From assembly GCA_041690355.1 (NCBI GenBank), contig JAWLHK010000008.1, positions 71,374 through 135,373 on the forward strand: 64,000 nucleotides of DNA. Direction: 5' to 3'. Below, piece by piece: positions 63,487 through 64,000 of the stretch. Below the pieces are notes generated by a model. It ran no database searches. It worked only from the letters and a program-made list of their open reading frames with translations, and was not told where the DNA came from. Both the position numbers and the translations under genes were made by a program. This stretch comes from a bacterium (GTDB taxonomy: Bacteria > J088 > JAWLBW01). Numbering within the stretch: the first letter of the stretch is position 1; the number at the start of each line of letters is the position of its first letter.

Positions 63487-64000
<514 letters not shown>

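Overview
GC-rich bacterial chromosomal window. The MYXO-CTERM-like motif, the TraB-like module and the many lipoboxes suggest a Myxococcota/deltaproteobacterial-type organism (inference only). It holds about 55 genes. Most are lipid-scavenging or lipid-metabolism enzymes: an AlkB-like diiron oxygenase, an SCP2 protein, a sterol-desaturase-family enzyme, esterases, a PI-PLC-like lipoprotein, an AtuF/AtuC-like acyl-CoA carboxylase, SDRs and an acyl-CoA ligase. Housekeeping genes include pyk, cysE, mltD, rarA, efp, a DEAD-box helicase and a 1-Cys peroxiredoxin. Accessory features: (1) an operon encoding a membrane-anchored degenerate J-domain protein, a GrpE-like protein and an 829-aa atypical Hsp70; (2) a ~7.2-kb block bracketed by a duplicated peroxiredoxin 3' end, encoding a 1917-aa protein (~56 Ca-binding-type DxDxDGxxDxxE repeats, an internal MYXO-CTERM-like segment, a second signal peptide and a beta-barrel) plus a LysM-FecR protein, behind a perfect CRP-type box; (3) a complete IS50-like IS4-family element with a 9-bp target duplication inserted in a hairpin; (4) a Kelch/IPT lipoprotein plus beta-barrel pair flanked by 148-bp direct repeats; (5) a GNAT-PlsC-ureohydrolase operon; (6) about ten REP/MITE-like hairpin elements and several families of heptamer microsatellites at gene borders; (7) at least eight apparently leaderless genes. 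No rRNA, tRNA or CRISPR array was recognised. All calls come from motif recognition by eye; no database searches were run.
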